Part shown: positions 19,364 to 28,201 of the stretch, one piece after another | How the letters are laid out: each line of letters begins with the position of its first letter | Numbering within the stretch: position 1 is the stretch's first letter | NCBI GenBank assembly: GCA_045562575.1 | Contig: JBJKVQ010000020.1 | Coordinates: 4,041 to 68,040, forward strand | Reading direction: 5' to 3' | Length of the DNA: 64,000 nt | Source: Dehalococcoidia bacterium | GTDB taxonomy: Bacteria; Chloroflexota; Dehalococcoidia; Lucifugimonadales; UBA6952 | Position numbers and translations under genes: made by a program | Notes under the pieces: generated by a model | Told to the model about the DNA's origin: nothing | Seen by the model: the letters and a program-made list of their open reading frames with translations, nothing else | Databases searched by the model: none

Positions 19364-20161
19364 ATGTTAATTGATTGTCATACACATCTAGCAAATTATA
19401 ATGAAGAAGAAATATCTGAAATAATATTAAGAGCTCAGAATTCAGATATTTCATATATATTTACAGCTGGAACTGATGTAAGAAATTCAGAAAAAACAAT
19501 CAATATAGCTAATAACAATAATGAAATCTATTGTGGTGTAGGAATTCATCCTAGTAGGGTTACAGCGAATATACAAGAAAATGACTTATATGAATTAGAA
19601 CAATTAGCTCAGTCCAGTAACAAAGTTATAATGATGAGTGAAAACGGTATGGACTACATGACTAATTCGCCAGATATAAAAATCCAAGAGAAAGTTTTTA
19701 TAGCCCAAATTACCATAGCAAAAAAATTAAAATTACCTATCATTTGGCATTCACAAATTCCCGAAATTAACTCTTTTGGTAATCATAAGATTACCTTAGA
19801 TATCCTTAATAAAGAACAAGGATATACAGTTGGTGGAATAATGCATTATTTTCAAGCAGATTATACAACTGCAAAAAAGGCTATAGAAAGTGGTTTTTTG
19901 ATTTCCTTTGCAAAACCATTATTAAGACAAAGACACCAAAAAGAAATTATTGAAAAGATTCCCCTAGAACATATGGTTATAGAAACAGATTCATCACCAC
20001 AACCATGGAAAGAAAATCGTTCTTTATGGACAGAACCAAAAGATACATTATTAATTGCAAAAAAAATTGCAGAAATCAAAAATATATCTCTCGATACTGT
20101 AATAAATGCAACAACTTCTAATTTAAATCAATTATTTAATAATAGATTTATCGAATACTAA
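19364..20161 (+). CDS. tatD: TatD-family metal-dependent hydrolase
   Basis: 'MLIDCHTHL', 'GVGIHP', 'PIIWHS' and 'VIETDSSP', the metal-ligand pattern of TatD/YcfH DNases. Confidence 0.85.
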   Translation: MLIDCHTHLANYNEEEISEIILRAQNSDISYIFTAGTDVRNSEKTINIANNNNEIYCGVGIHPSRVTANIQENDLYELEQLAQSSNKVIMMSENGMDYMTNSPDIKIQEKVFIAQITIAKKLKLPIIWHSQIPEINSFGNHKITLDILNKEQGYTVGGIMHYFQADYTTAKKAIESGFLISFAKPLLRQRHQKEIIEKIPLEHMVIETDSSPQPWKENRSLWTEPKDTLLIAKKIAEIKNISLDTVINATTSNLNQLFNNRFIEY

Positions 20162-20683
20162 TTAATAAATTGGTGCAATTATATAGTATCTAATAACATA
20201 CCCAAATGTGATCAAAATTGACGCGATGCCAAATGAAGACATAAAAGATCCACCAACTAAAACTTTAAAACACATCATCAGGGTCAACAATACCCAAATT
20301 AAAGACATTACTAATATGAGAAAAACTGAAAATGAAAGACCAACCAATGCAAATGTTAAAGTCAAAAGCCAAGGAGTATGACAAAAACCAATAATAGATA
20401 ATGATGGTATAAATTGAATCTGGTTTCTATATAAAAAATTACTTATTAAATAGTATCCACTGGTTATAAAAAACCATTGAATGAAGATTGATACTGTTAC
20501 TGGAATAATCACCGAGTATGAGTGCATTTCTCCAATAATCCTACCTAATGACTCTCCTAATGAAATGAATATAATAATTAAAAGTGATTGTTTAATAGAA
20601 TTTGGATCATCAATTATTTCACGAAATGTCATTGGGCGTAACTGAATCACCTTAAATATTCGACCTAGTAAACCTTCAAACAA
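20162..20683 (-). CDS. Yip1-like small polytopic membrane protein
   Basis: 173 aa. A soluble N-terminal segment is followed by about 5 TM helices. The resemblance to the Yip1/DUF1282 architecture is a weak assignment. Confidence 0.4.
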   Translation of the reverse strand: MFEGLLGRIFKVIQLRPMTFREIIDDPNSIKQSLLIIIFISLGESLGRIIGEMHSYSVIIPVTVSIFIQWFFITSGYYLISNFLYRNQIQFIPSLSIIGFCHTPWLLTLTFALVGLSFSVFLILVMSLIWVLLTLMMCFKVLVGGSFMSSFGIASILITFGYVIRYYIIAPIY

Positions 20684-20691
20684 TGTTTACC

Positions 20692-21168
20692 TCAATTATT
20701 CTTGTATATTTTATTAGAACGCTTATCAATCAATCTATGCATTTCGTCTTCTATTAGGCTAAAGTCATTTTTAGGTATAAGATGCAAGTCTCCTAAAAAT
20801 GCTAAATGCCAGTCTTCAGGATGCCAATTTTTTATAAATTGCATTCTAGGAGCAAGTATTTTTGCATCAATAAATTCTTCGTCTTTTAATATACATTTGG
20901 GTTCCATATTTACTCTAAGAGAAAAGTCTTCTTTTTCATGGATATATGTCCATTTTATGGAATGATCTTCAAAATATTCCGAAGTAATATTTAAAGTTGT
21001 AGTAAATGAAGATAGCTGTTGAACATAAATTAAAAGTCTATCACCTACCAACATTCTTTTAATTTTTTTATGGTGTGGAACTCGAAAACCTTGAACAGAG
21101 TATCCAAGGTTTTTGGTTACTACAAAATTTTCTTCTGACATAGAAAGCATCCAATAGTTTCTTGGCAT
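20692..21168 (-). CDS. EVE/PUA-like (ASCH superfamily) domain protein
   Basis: 158 aa. 'NYWMLSMSEENF' at the N-terminus, then 'VGDRLLIY' and '...LIPKNDFSLIEDEM', follow the EVE-domain pattern. The assignment is by pattern only. Confidence 0.4.
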   Translation of the reverse strand: MPRNYWMLSMSEENFVVTKNLGYSVQGFRVPHHKKIKRMLVGDRLLIYVQQLSSFTTTLNITSEYFEDHSIKWTYIHEKEDFSLRVNMEPKCILKDEEFIDAKILAPRMQFIKNWHPEDWHLAFLGDLHLIPKNDFSLIEDEMHRLIDKRSNKIYKNN

Positions 21169-21249
21169 TTTTCTTCCTTTTATTTATACACAAATGAACT
21201 AATTACTATTAGATATAATAATTAATATCTATTGTATACGCAAATAATT

Positions 21250-22377
21250 CTATTTTAACGATAACGCTTGATTAATTTCATCTATCACAAATTGATTTTC
21301 TTCATATTCAAGACACAACTTCAAAGCATTTTGACATTCCATCGTATTAATTTCGCCTAATGCCCAAGCTGAATGACCTCGTACTAATTCTGACTCATTA
21401 TTTTTAAGTGTCTTAATTAATGCAGATATTCCTTCTTTTTGTTTACTATTACCTAAAGCCACACAAGCATTTCGTTGTAAACCACGTAATTTAGCTCGTT
21501 TAATTGGTGATCTGCTGAAACGAATAGAAAATTGTTCTTGTGACATATATAAAATTTCTACTAGATCTAAATAACTAGTAGTCTTTTCAGTAAACATCAT
21601 GTTTTGTGGCATATCGGATTTATCATTAACAGGACAAATATCTTGGCAAATATCGCAACCAAATATCCAATCACCCATTAATGGCCTTAATTCATAAGGA
21701 ATAGCCCCTTTGTTTTCTATTGTCAGAAAAGAAATACATTTATTAGCATCTAGTTGATATGGTGATACTATTGCATTTGTTGGACATCCAATGATACATA
21801 ATTCGCATTTTCCACAATTTTTCTTCACTGCTTTATCCGGGGTAAGTTCCAAATCTGTAACTAATGCGCCGAGAAAAATCCATGAGCCATAAATTGGATT
21901 AATAATATTAGTATGCTTACCAAACCAACCTAATCCAGCTTTCTCAGCAAATCCTTTCTCTAACAACGAACCATCGTCTACAAATATTCGTCCATCCATT
22001 TCAATAGCTAATTCTTCTTGAAGAATTGCTTTGTATTCTTTCAACATTTTCTTGATAATTAAATGATAATCCTCCCATTGTGCATACATGGCAATTTTCC
22101 CATTTGTATCTGTGGATCTATAAGTTTCAGAATTGTTTTTTTTATAATTAACTCCAACAACTATCACAGATTTAGGATTAACCAGTAATTGATCAGGAGA
22201 ACCTCCTTTTATAAGACGTTCTTTATTTAACCAAGGCATTCCATTAAGGTAATTTAATTCATAAGTCGCCAAAGAATTTTCAATATGATCTTTTAATACA
22301 CTGGCTTCTGTTATACCAACTAAATCAAAACCTATAGATTTAGCAAGTTCAACAACTATTTGTTCACGTGTTTTCAT
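21250..22377 (-). CDS. queG: Epoxyqueuosine reductase
   Basis: DUF1730-type N-domain, two 4Fe-4S motifs ('CGKCELCIIGCPTNAI', 'CDICQDICPVN') and C-terminal HEAT repeats ('VRGHSAWALGEI'). Confidence 0.9.
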   Translation of the reverse strand: MKTREQIVVELAKSIGFDLVGITEASVLKDHIENSLATYELNYLNGMPWLNKERLIKGGSPDQLLVNPKSVIVVGVNYKKNNSETYRSTDTNGKIAMYAQWEDYHLIIKKMLKEYKAILQEELAIEMDGRIFVDDGSLLEKGFAEKAGLGWFGKHTNIINPIYGSWIFLGALVTDLELTPDKAVKKNCGKCELCIIGCPTNAIVSPYQLDANKCISFLTIENKGAIPYELRPLMGDWIFGCDICQDICPVNDKSDMPQNMMFTEKTTSYLDLVEILYMSQEQFSIRFSRSPIKRAKLRGLQRNACVALGNSKQKEGISALIKTLKNNESELVRGHSAWALGEINTMECQNALKLCLEYEENQFVIDEINQALSLK

Positions 22378-22428
22378 AAAGTTATATAAAATAATAATTA
22401 AATTTGTCTAATTATACCAACAGCTCGC

Positions 22429-22457
22429 TTGACTGAACATAAAACCCAATTTATATT
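22429..22457 (+). promoter_or_regulatory. Putative promoter TTGACT-17-TATATT
   Basis: TTGACT at 22429-22434 and TATATT at 22452-22457, about 55 nt upstream of ATG 22513. Confidence 0.35.
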
Positions 22458-22512
22458 AATACAATTCCTAATATTTTTCGAAAATAATTATGTAAAGGCA
22501 GGTTTTATACTT

Positions 22513-22806
22513 ATGGCTGAAGCAGGCAAAAGATATATAACACCAAGTGGTGCGGAGTTAATTGTTACTAAAGGTGGAGCCGGGACCTTATCCGATGGTT
22601 CAATACCACTTCAAATAAAAGATGCTGGAGATGGTTATAATGGGGCTTCTTCTAGTGGAACAGAAGCATTAAGTCTTGGCAAACGATTTCAGTCAAAAGA
22701 TGGTTCAGTAACAGTTTTAGTTACAAAAGCTGGCGTTTGCGACTTGCAATATGACAACGAACCTATGGAAATTCAACAACCTAGAAAGTTGCCTTCATCA
22801 GATTAA
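22513..22806 (+). CDS. Small (97 aa) hypothetical protein with an internal duplication
   Basis: Start moved to ATG 22513. The track's upstream extension is hydrophobic junk that overlaps the promoter. Two repeats are present: 'GKRYITPSGAELIVTKGGAGTLSDGSIPL' and 'GKRFQSKDGSVTVLVTKAGVCDLQYDNEPM'. Confidence 0.5.
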   Translation: MAEAGKRYITPSGAELIVTKGGAGTLSDGSIPLQIKDAGDGYNGASSSGTEALSLGKRFQSKDGSVTVLVTKAGVCDLQYDNEPMEIQQPRKLPSSD

Positions 22807-23061
22807 TTATTCAGTACGAGTAGTATTCAATTGTTGTACTAATCGTGATTTTCTTCTTGATGCATTGTTTTTATGAATAGCACCTTTTTTTGCAGCACGA
22901 TCTAATACTGAAATTGCCTTTGATACTAAAACGTCAGCATTTTCGTCTTGTGCAACTATTGCTTTTTTAGCTGCAGTAACTGCGGTTCTTGCAGATACTT
23001 TTGCTAACCTATTGTATCCCTGTTTTCTTATAGAACTTCTTAAAGTTTTTTCACTTGGCAT
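22807..23061 (-). CDS. rpsT: 30S ribosomal protein S20
   Basis: 84 aa, basic. 'RSSIRKQGYNRLAKVSARTAVTAAKKAI...KGAIHKNNASRRKSRL'. Confidence 0.93.
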   Translation of the reverse strand: MPSEKTLRSSIRKQGYNRLAKVSARTAVTAAKKAIVAQDENADVLVSKAISVLDRAAKKGAIHKNNASRRKSRLVQQLNTTRTE

Positions 23062-23109
23062 TTTGTCCCTTTCAAATCAAATCTAACATGATTATAACAT
23101 GTAGATATA

Positions 23110-25254
23110 CTAAATTCTTTCTACGCTTATTATTCCTTGTACTTCTTCTATCTTAGCAAATATTTTACCTAATTGCTCTATGCTAGTGATAAAAATGTCT
23201 AGATTCACAAATGCAGTCCCATCATTTTGGTTTTTACTCACCACATCATTTACATTAATTTTCTCAGAGGCCACAGCAGAAGTTAAATCTCTAAGTAATC
23301 CAACTCTATCCCAGGAATGTATCGATATTCTTACCGGATAGTAGTTCTTTGACTTACCCCAGTTTACTGCTACAACCCTCTCGCGATCTTGTTCTTTTTG
23401 AATGTTTTCACACCCAACTTGATGAACAGTAATCCCCTTAGCACGAGTAATGTACCCTACTATATCATCTCCAGGCAATGGAGAACAACATTTTGCTAAA
23501 TTAGTTAATAAATCACCAACCCCTAAAACGTCAACTGATGAAGTTAAATCTTTCACTGCTGAATTTGATATTGTATTTACTTTTAATGGTAGAGGATCAT
23601 TTAATTTTGATAATACTTGTTGGATGGTGATTGAACCAGAACCAAGAGCTGCAAAAAAATCTTCGACACTTGAAAATTTTAATGTTTTAGCTACTTCTTG
23701 CTCAGTTTCTTCAATATTGAACTTCTTCAAATCTTTCTGAAACATTTCCCTGCCCTTATTTAGACTTGTGCTACGTTCCTGTCTTCTAAACCAAGATTTG
23801 ATTCTTTCTTTTGCTGTTGCAGTTTGTATATATCCAGCGTGAATATTCAACCAATCTAAACTTGGTCCTCTAGCAACCTTACTAGTAAGAATTTCAGCCG
23901 AATCACCACTCATAAGTTTGTAATCTAAAGGTACTAATTTCCCATTAACTTTCGCTCCAATACATCTATGACCAATTTCTGTATGAATTCTATAAGCAAG
24001 ATCAATTGGTGTAGATCCAACAGGTAATTCAAAAATATCACCTTTTGGGGTATAAACATAAACCTGATCTTGAAATATGTCAGTTTTGATATTTTCTAGA
24101 AATTCTTCGGGGCCACTTGAACCTTTTTGCACATCAATTAACTGACGTAACCAATTTATTTTTGTTTCATATTTTTCGTTTGATTGTTTTCCCTCTTTAT
24201 AAGTCCAGTGTGAAGCTATCCCAAATTCTGCCAGTCTATGCATTTCGTTTGTTCGTATTTGTACTTCTAAAGGCATTCCATTTAGTCCCATGACCGTTGT
24301 GTGTAAAGACTGATACATATTCTCTTTTGGATTAGCTATATAATCATCAAAATGCCCAGATAATGGATGCCATAATTCATGAACTATAGATAATGTTGTA
24401 TAACAATCAACTTTTGAATTAACTAAAACCCTTAATGCAAATAAATCATGAATATCATCAAAATCTTTTCCTTGTTCTCCATAAGCCTCAATCTTTTTAT
24501 AGATACTATATAAATGTTTTGCTCTTCCAGTAACTGTAGCTTCAATGTTTGATTTTTCTAGTGAACTTCCTAGCATTTCTTGAACCAAGCTAATGTATTT
24601 TTCTCTCTCAATGCGTTTTCGAGAAATCAAAGAAGCAATTTCTTTATAAGTATCAGGTTGTATGTACCTAAAGGCAAAATCCTCTAATCTCCATTTCACA
24701 TCCCACATACCCAATCTATGTGCTAACGGTGCGTAAATATCTAAGGTTTCTTGTGAAATCATAATTTGCCTGTCATCTGCAAGTGAAGAAAGAGTAGACA
24801 TATTATGTAATCTATCTGAAAGTTTAATAAGAATTACTCGTAAATCTTTAGACATTGCTATAAGCATTTTCCTTAAACTTGCGGCATTATTATTTCTCAA
24901 TTCATTTGAAGAGTTATCATCATTTGCTGTAGCAATATTTATATCAAGTCTATTTAATTTCGTTACACCATCAACCAACTCAGCAACATGCTTACCAAAT
25001 TCTTTTTCTATTTGTGTATATGAAACATCACAATCTTCTATAACATCATGGAGTAACGCAGCAACTAGAGTAGTAGTATCACAATTCAAATCAGCTAAGT
25101 ATCTAGCAGTTTCTATTGGATGAACAATAAAGGGGTCACCAGATTTGCGTAACTGCCCTTTGTGGGCGTCCTCAGCAAAACCTAAAGCTTTAGAAATTTT
25201 TTCTATATCTTCTTTAGGTAAATACGTAGTGGCTATTTCCAGTAAAGAATTCAC
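23110..25254 (-). CDS. relA: Bifunctional (p)ppGpp synthetase/hydrolase (Rel/SpoT family)
   Basis: HD hydrolase domain ('HPIETARYLA', 'LLHDVIEDC'), the RelA_SpoT synthetase region ('YQSLHTTV'), then TGS and ACT domains. GTG start. Confidence 0.95.
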   Translation of the reverse strand: MNSLLEIATTYLPKEDIEKISKALGFAEDAHKGQLRKSGDPFIVHPIETARYLADLNCDTTTLVAALLHDVIEDCDVSYTQIEKEFGKHVAELVDGVTKLNRLDINIATANDDNSSNELRNNNAASLRKMLIAMSKDLRVILIKLSDRLHNMSTLSSLADDRQIMISQETLDIYAPLAHRLGMWDVKWRLEDFAFRYIQPDTYKEIASLISRKRIEREKYISLVQEMLGSSLEKSNIEATVTGRAKHLYSIYKKIEAYGEQGKDFDDIHDLFALRVLVNSKVDCYTTLSIVHELWHPLSGHFDDYIANPKENMYQSLHTTVMGLNGMPLEVQIRTNEMHRLAEFGIASHWTYKEGKQSNEKYETKINWLRQLIDVQKGSSGPEEFLENIKTDIFQDQVYVYTPKGDIFELPVGSTPIDLAYRIHTEIGHRCIGAKVNGKLVPLDYKLMSGDSAEILTSKVARGPSLDWLNIHAGYIQTATAKERIKSWFRRQERSTSLNKGREMFQKDLKKFNIEETEQEVAKTLKFSSVEDFFAALGSGSITIQQVLSKLNDPLPLKVNTISNSAVKDLTSSVDVLGVGDLLTNLAKCCSPLPGDDIVGYITRAKGITVHQVGCENIQKEQDRERVVAVNWGKSKNYYPVRISIHSWDRVGLLRDLTSAVASEKINVNDVVSKNQNDGTAFVNLDIFITSIEQLGKIFAKIEEVQGIISVERI

Positions 25255-25391
25255 AAAATCACCTAGACTGATTATATCATTTGTAATAATTAAATGGAGC
25301 TAAGTATACTTGAAATCCCAACTTTTCGAAATATAGACTTTATTTGATATAAAATATAATATCTTTGTATACGATATATGAAAGGAAATAC

Positions 25392-26648
25392 ATGTTACAA
25401 AGGCCACGAGGTACAGCAGATATTCTTCCATCTGAACAAAAGTATTGGAAATTTATCCAAGAAACTACTGCCAAAGTCTGTGAACAATTTGGTTACAAGC
25501 GATTAGATACTCCTCAATTTGAATCGAAGGATTTATTTGTTCGAGGAGTTGGTACTCAAACCGATATTGTCCAAAAAGAAACATATACATTTCAGGATAA
25601 AGGAAATGAAGAATTAACATTACGTGCCGAAGGAACCGCACCAGCATGCAGAGCATATATAGAAAATGGTATGAAAAATTTACAACAGCCTGTTCGACTT
25701 TATTACCATGCCTCCATATTTAGATATGAAAGGCCCCAATCCGGACGATATAGAGAACATCATCAATTTGGAATTGAAGCAATTGGAGATAGTAGTCCAT
25801 TAATTGACTGTGAGGTTATACAAATTGCTACGGATGTTATAGAAATATTAGGAATTCCAAATACTTCACTATTTATCAATTCTATAGGTGGGGCAACTTG
25901 TTGTAGAAAAGATTATCTCTTAAGCTTAAAAACGTATTACAGTAATCACCTTGATTTTTTATGTAATGATTGCAATAACAGAATAGAAAATAATCCGTTA
26001 AGGCTGTTAGATTGTAAACAAAAACAATGCCAATCATTCCTTCAAGATGCCCCTCGTTCAATTGACTCTCTTTGTCAAGAATGTAGAGATCATCATGAAA
26101 AACTTCTTGCCTATCTCAATTCTTTAGAATTACCCTATATTATTAATAGTAATCTAGTAAGAGGTTTGGATTATTACAATAAAACTGTTTTTGAAATCCA
26201 ACCAGAAACAGAAGGTAGTCAAAACACAATCATTGGTGGCGGAAGGTATGATGGTTTAATTGAACAAATAGGAGGACAATCTACTCCAGGTATCGGTTTC
26301 GGTTGTGGAATTGAAAGACTAATACTAAATTTAAAATTAAATAATATAGAACCACCTGAAATTTATGCCAAACCTGTAGTAATATGCCACATGGGGGAAG
26401 ATGCTTTAAATCTTGCAGTACCTCTATCAAAAAAATTGCGGAGCAATAATATCCATACTATAATCGCCCCTTATGGCAAAAGTATTCGAAGTCAAATGAG
26501 ATATGCCTCATCTAATGACTCAGACTATGTCGTAATCATTGGTGAAGAAGAAATAAAACAAAAAACATATCGTGTAAAAGATATGAACAAATCAACTGAA
26601 TATGATTTAAATGAAAAAGAATTAATTAACTTAATACTAGAAATTTAA
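25392..26648 (+). CDS. hisS: Histidine--tRNA ligase
   Basis: 'RPRGTADILP', 'FRYERPQSGRYREHHQFGIE', 'GGGRYDGL' and 'GIGFGCGIERL'. ATG 25392 is preferred over the track's TTG 25365. Confidence 0.95.
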   Translation: MLQRPRGTADILPSEQKYWKFIQETTAKVCEQFGYKRLDTPQFESKDLFVRGVGTQTDIVQKETYTFQDKGNEELTLRAEGTAPACRAYIENGMKNLQQPVRLYYHASIFRYERPQSGRYREHHQFGIEAIGDSSPLIDCEVIQIATDVIEILGIPNTSLFINSIGGATCCRKDYLLSLKTYYSNHLDFLCNDCNNRIENNPLRLLDCKQKQCQSFLQDAPRSIDSLCQECRDHHEKLLAYLNSLELPYIINSNLVRGLDYYNKTVFEIQPETEGSQNTIIGGGRYDGLIEQIGGQSTPGIGFGCGIERLILNLKLNNIEPPEIYAKPVVICHMGEDALNLAVPLSKKLRSNNIHTIIAPYGKSIRSQMRYASSNDSDYVVIIGEEEIKQKTYRVKDMNKSTEYDLNEKELINLILEI

Positions 26649-28070
26649 ATTAATTTGAGTAATACTCATGTCGCCTTTAAATTTGGCATCAACCAGTGTC
26701 TTCTTACCTTCAAAATAAAATTCTACAGTTGATCCAATATATTGAGAGTCATTCAATCCCAGTGTTACTGTAAAGGCTCCATTTAGACCGACATCAAAAT
26801 TCAACCAAACATCAGAAAGATTATCTTTAGCAGCCACTACTCGAATATAGTATTTTTTACCTAATTCCACAAATGAATTATTTTGCTTTATTGTGCCTTG
26901 TATAAATGAAGGTAAGGGTGGAACCGCAGCTGAATTTAAATTTGGTGGAATTTTAAAATCAGTATTAATTTTACCATTATATAAATCAGTAAGGTTTTTA
27001 CCAATAGTAGAAGTTTCGAGCATATATACAATGTCGTCTTCACTTGAGATGTTGATATCTTTAGATTTTAATGTGTCTTTTGAAATTGTTAGTCCAACTA
27101 ATGAATAATTACTATCAAATATCCCGAGCCCATCTTCAATACCTTCAATAGTTTCATTATCTGTTAAAAATAATTCTGCGTATCTTATTCCACTCGTAAC
27201 ATCTCGTCTATATCTATTTACAAAAAGTTCTGAATCCATCATTGTCCATCCAGAATTATTGCCCTCACAATATAAGCAATAGCCTATTCCTTCATAAATA
27301 TCATTAACTGCGCTATCAGTAAAATTTTTACTTGGAATTATAGGTGTACTAGTCTCATATATGCTATCCAAAATATTTGTTGGCAATAGATTAGAATCTA
27401 TAATCTTAATTATTGCTAAATCTATTTCCTCGTCTCTTCCAACAATCCATCCTTTGGAACTATTTTCTCCTTGCCACCCTGAAAAATAAAGATCAACAAA
27501 TGGATTGGATGAAAATCCTTTTGCGGTAGTTAGGATATGATTTGGATATTCAGTTAACAACCATCCTGTTTTAAAGGTTTCTTGATGTTGCCTACTTGAG
27601 GAATTTCCTCCTGTAGATATTAAAGGCCATTTATCATACTTATCTATTTCTGATGCAAAATTTGATGCATCTACAGAATTGGGAAATTGTCCGATCAAAA
27701 CAGCTGATTTTCCAACAATTAAAGAATCTTTATCTGTATCCCAAATCCAAGAAGGTGTTGGAGTAGGAGTTGGTATAGTAGTTTTAGTAGGTTCCTGTGT
27801 TTCTACAACTTTTGGTACAGATTCAAGTGCTTTAGCCACTGCAGCGTCAATCATTGATTGAACGTCTAAGGTCGCTTCAGGAGTTGGGGTTGGTTGGGGA
27901 GTTGGGGTTGGTTCTGCATTTGCAGTTTCAGCCAATCGTGCTGTTATACCTGCATCTACAGTTGCTTGAAAATCAATATCTTGAAGCTCTATTGGAACTT
28001 CTTCTGAATTTCCACAATTCACAATGAAAATAAATGATAAAGCAAAAATTAGATTCTTATATTTATTCAT
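26637..28070 (-). CDS. Secreted lipoprotein with Thr/Pro linkers and a degenerate trypsin-like (S1C-like) domain
   Basis: Lipobox 'IFIVNCG' and TP-rich linkers (PTPTPQPTPTPE, IPTPTPTPS). 'ILTTAKGF', 'DLAIIKI' and 'EGIEDGLGIFD' align by eye with the His, Asp and Ser boxes of HtrA-type proteases, but His and Ser are replaced. Confidence 0.55.
   Translation of the reverse strand: MNKYKNLIFALSFIFIVNCGNSEEVPIELQDIDFQATVDAGITARLAETANAEPTPTPQPTPTPEATLDVQSMIDAAVAKALESVPKVVETQEPTKTTIPTPTPTPSWIWDTDKDSLIVGKSAVLIGQFPNSVDASNFASEIDKYDKWPLISTGGNSSSRQHQETFKTGWLLTEYPNHILTTAKGFSSNPFVDLYFSGWQGENSSKGWIVGRDEEIDLAIIKIIDSNLLPTNILDSIYETSTPIIPSKNFTDSAVNDIYEGIGYCLYCEGNNSGWTMMDSELFVNRYRRDVTSGIRYAELFLTDNETIEGIEDGLGIFDSNYSLVGLTISKDTLKSKDINISSEDDIVYMLETSTIGKNLTDLYNGKINTDFKIPPNLNSAAVPPLPSFIQGTIKQNNSFVELGKKYYIRVVAAKDNLSDVWLNFDVGLNGAFTVTLGLNDSQYIGSTVEFYFEGKKTLVDAKFKGDMSITQINLNF
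27880..27915. repeat. Tandem 18-nt repeat x2 (GGAGTTGGGGTTGGTTGG / GGAGTTGGGGTTGGTTCT), coding
   Basis: Read directly from the sequence, 16/18 identical. It encodes the PTPTPQPTPTPE linker of the lipoprotein on the minus strand. Confidence 0.85.
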
Positions 28071-28201
28071 ATTCTTGTCTCAAATAATATATTTAATCTA
28101 AATTATATCACACAATATATTAGGGAAATGCGTTGAACATGAATATTAATGTAAACTATACTTCAATATAAATATTTATAAAGAGTAGATTGTTAATCCA
28201 A

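Noticed and set aside
25255-25391. The aminoacyl-tRNA synthetase genes (hisS, aspS, metG) might have T-box or other riboswitch leaders.
   Set aside because: The leaders are only about 80-160 nt and uniformly AT-rich. I could find no specifier or antiterminator-like GC-rich helices.
27745-27915. G/T-rich short tandem repeats might be a CRISPR-like or VNTR element.
   Set aside because: There are only two 18-nt units plus a related stretch. All are in frame and encode Thr/Pro linkers of the lipoprotein. There is no spacer architecture.
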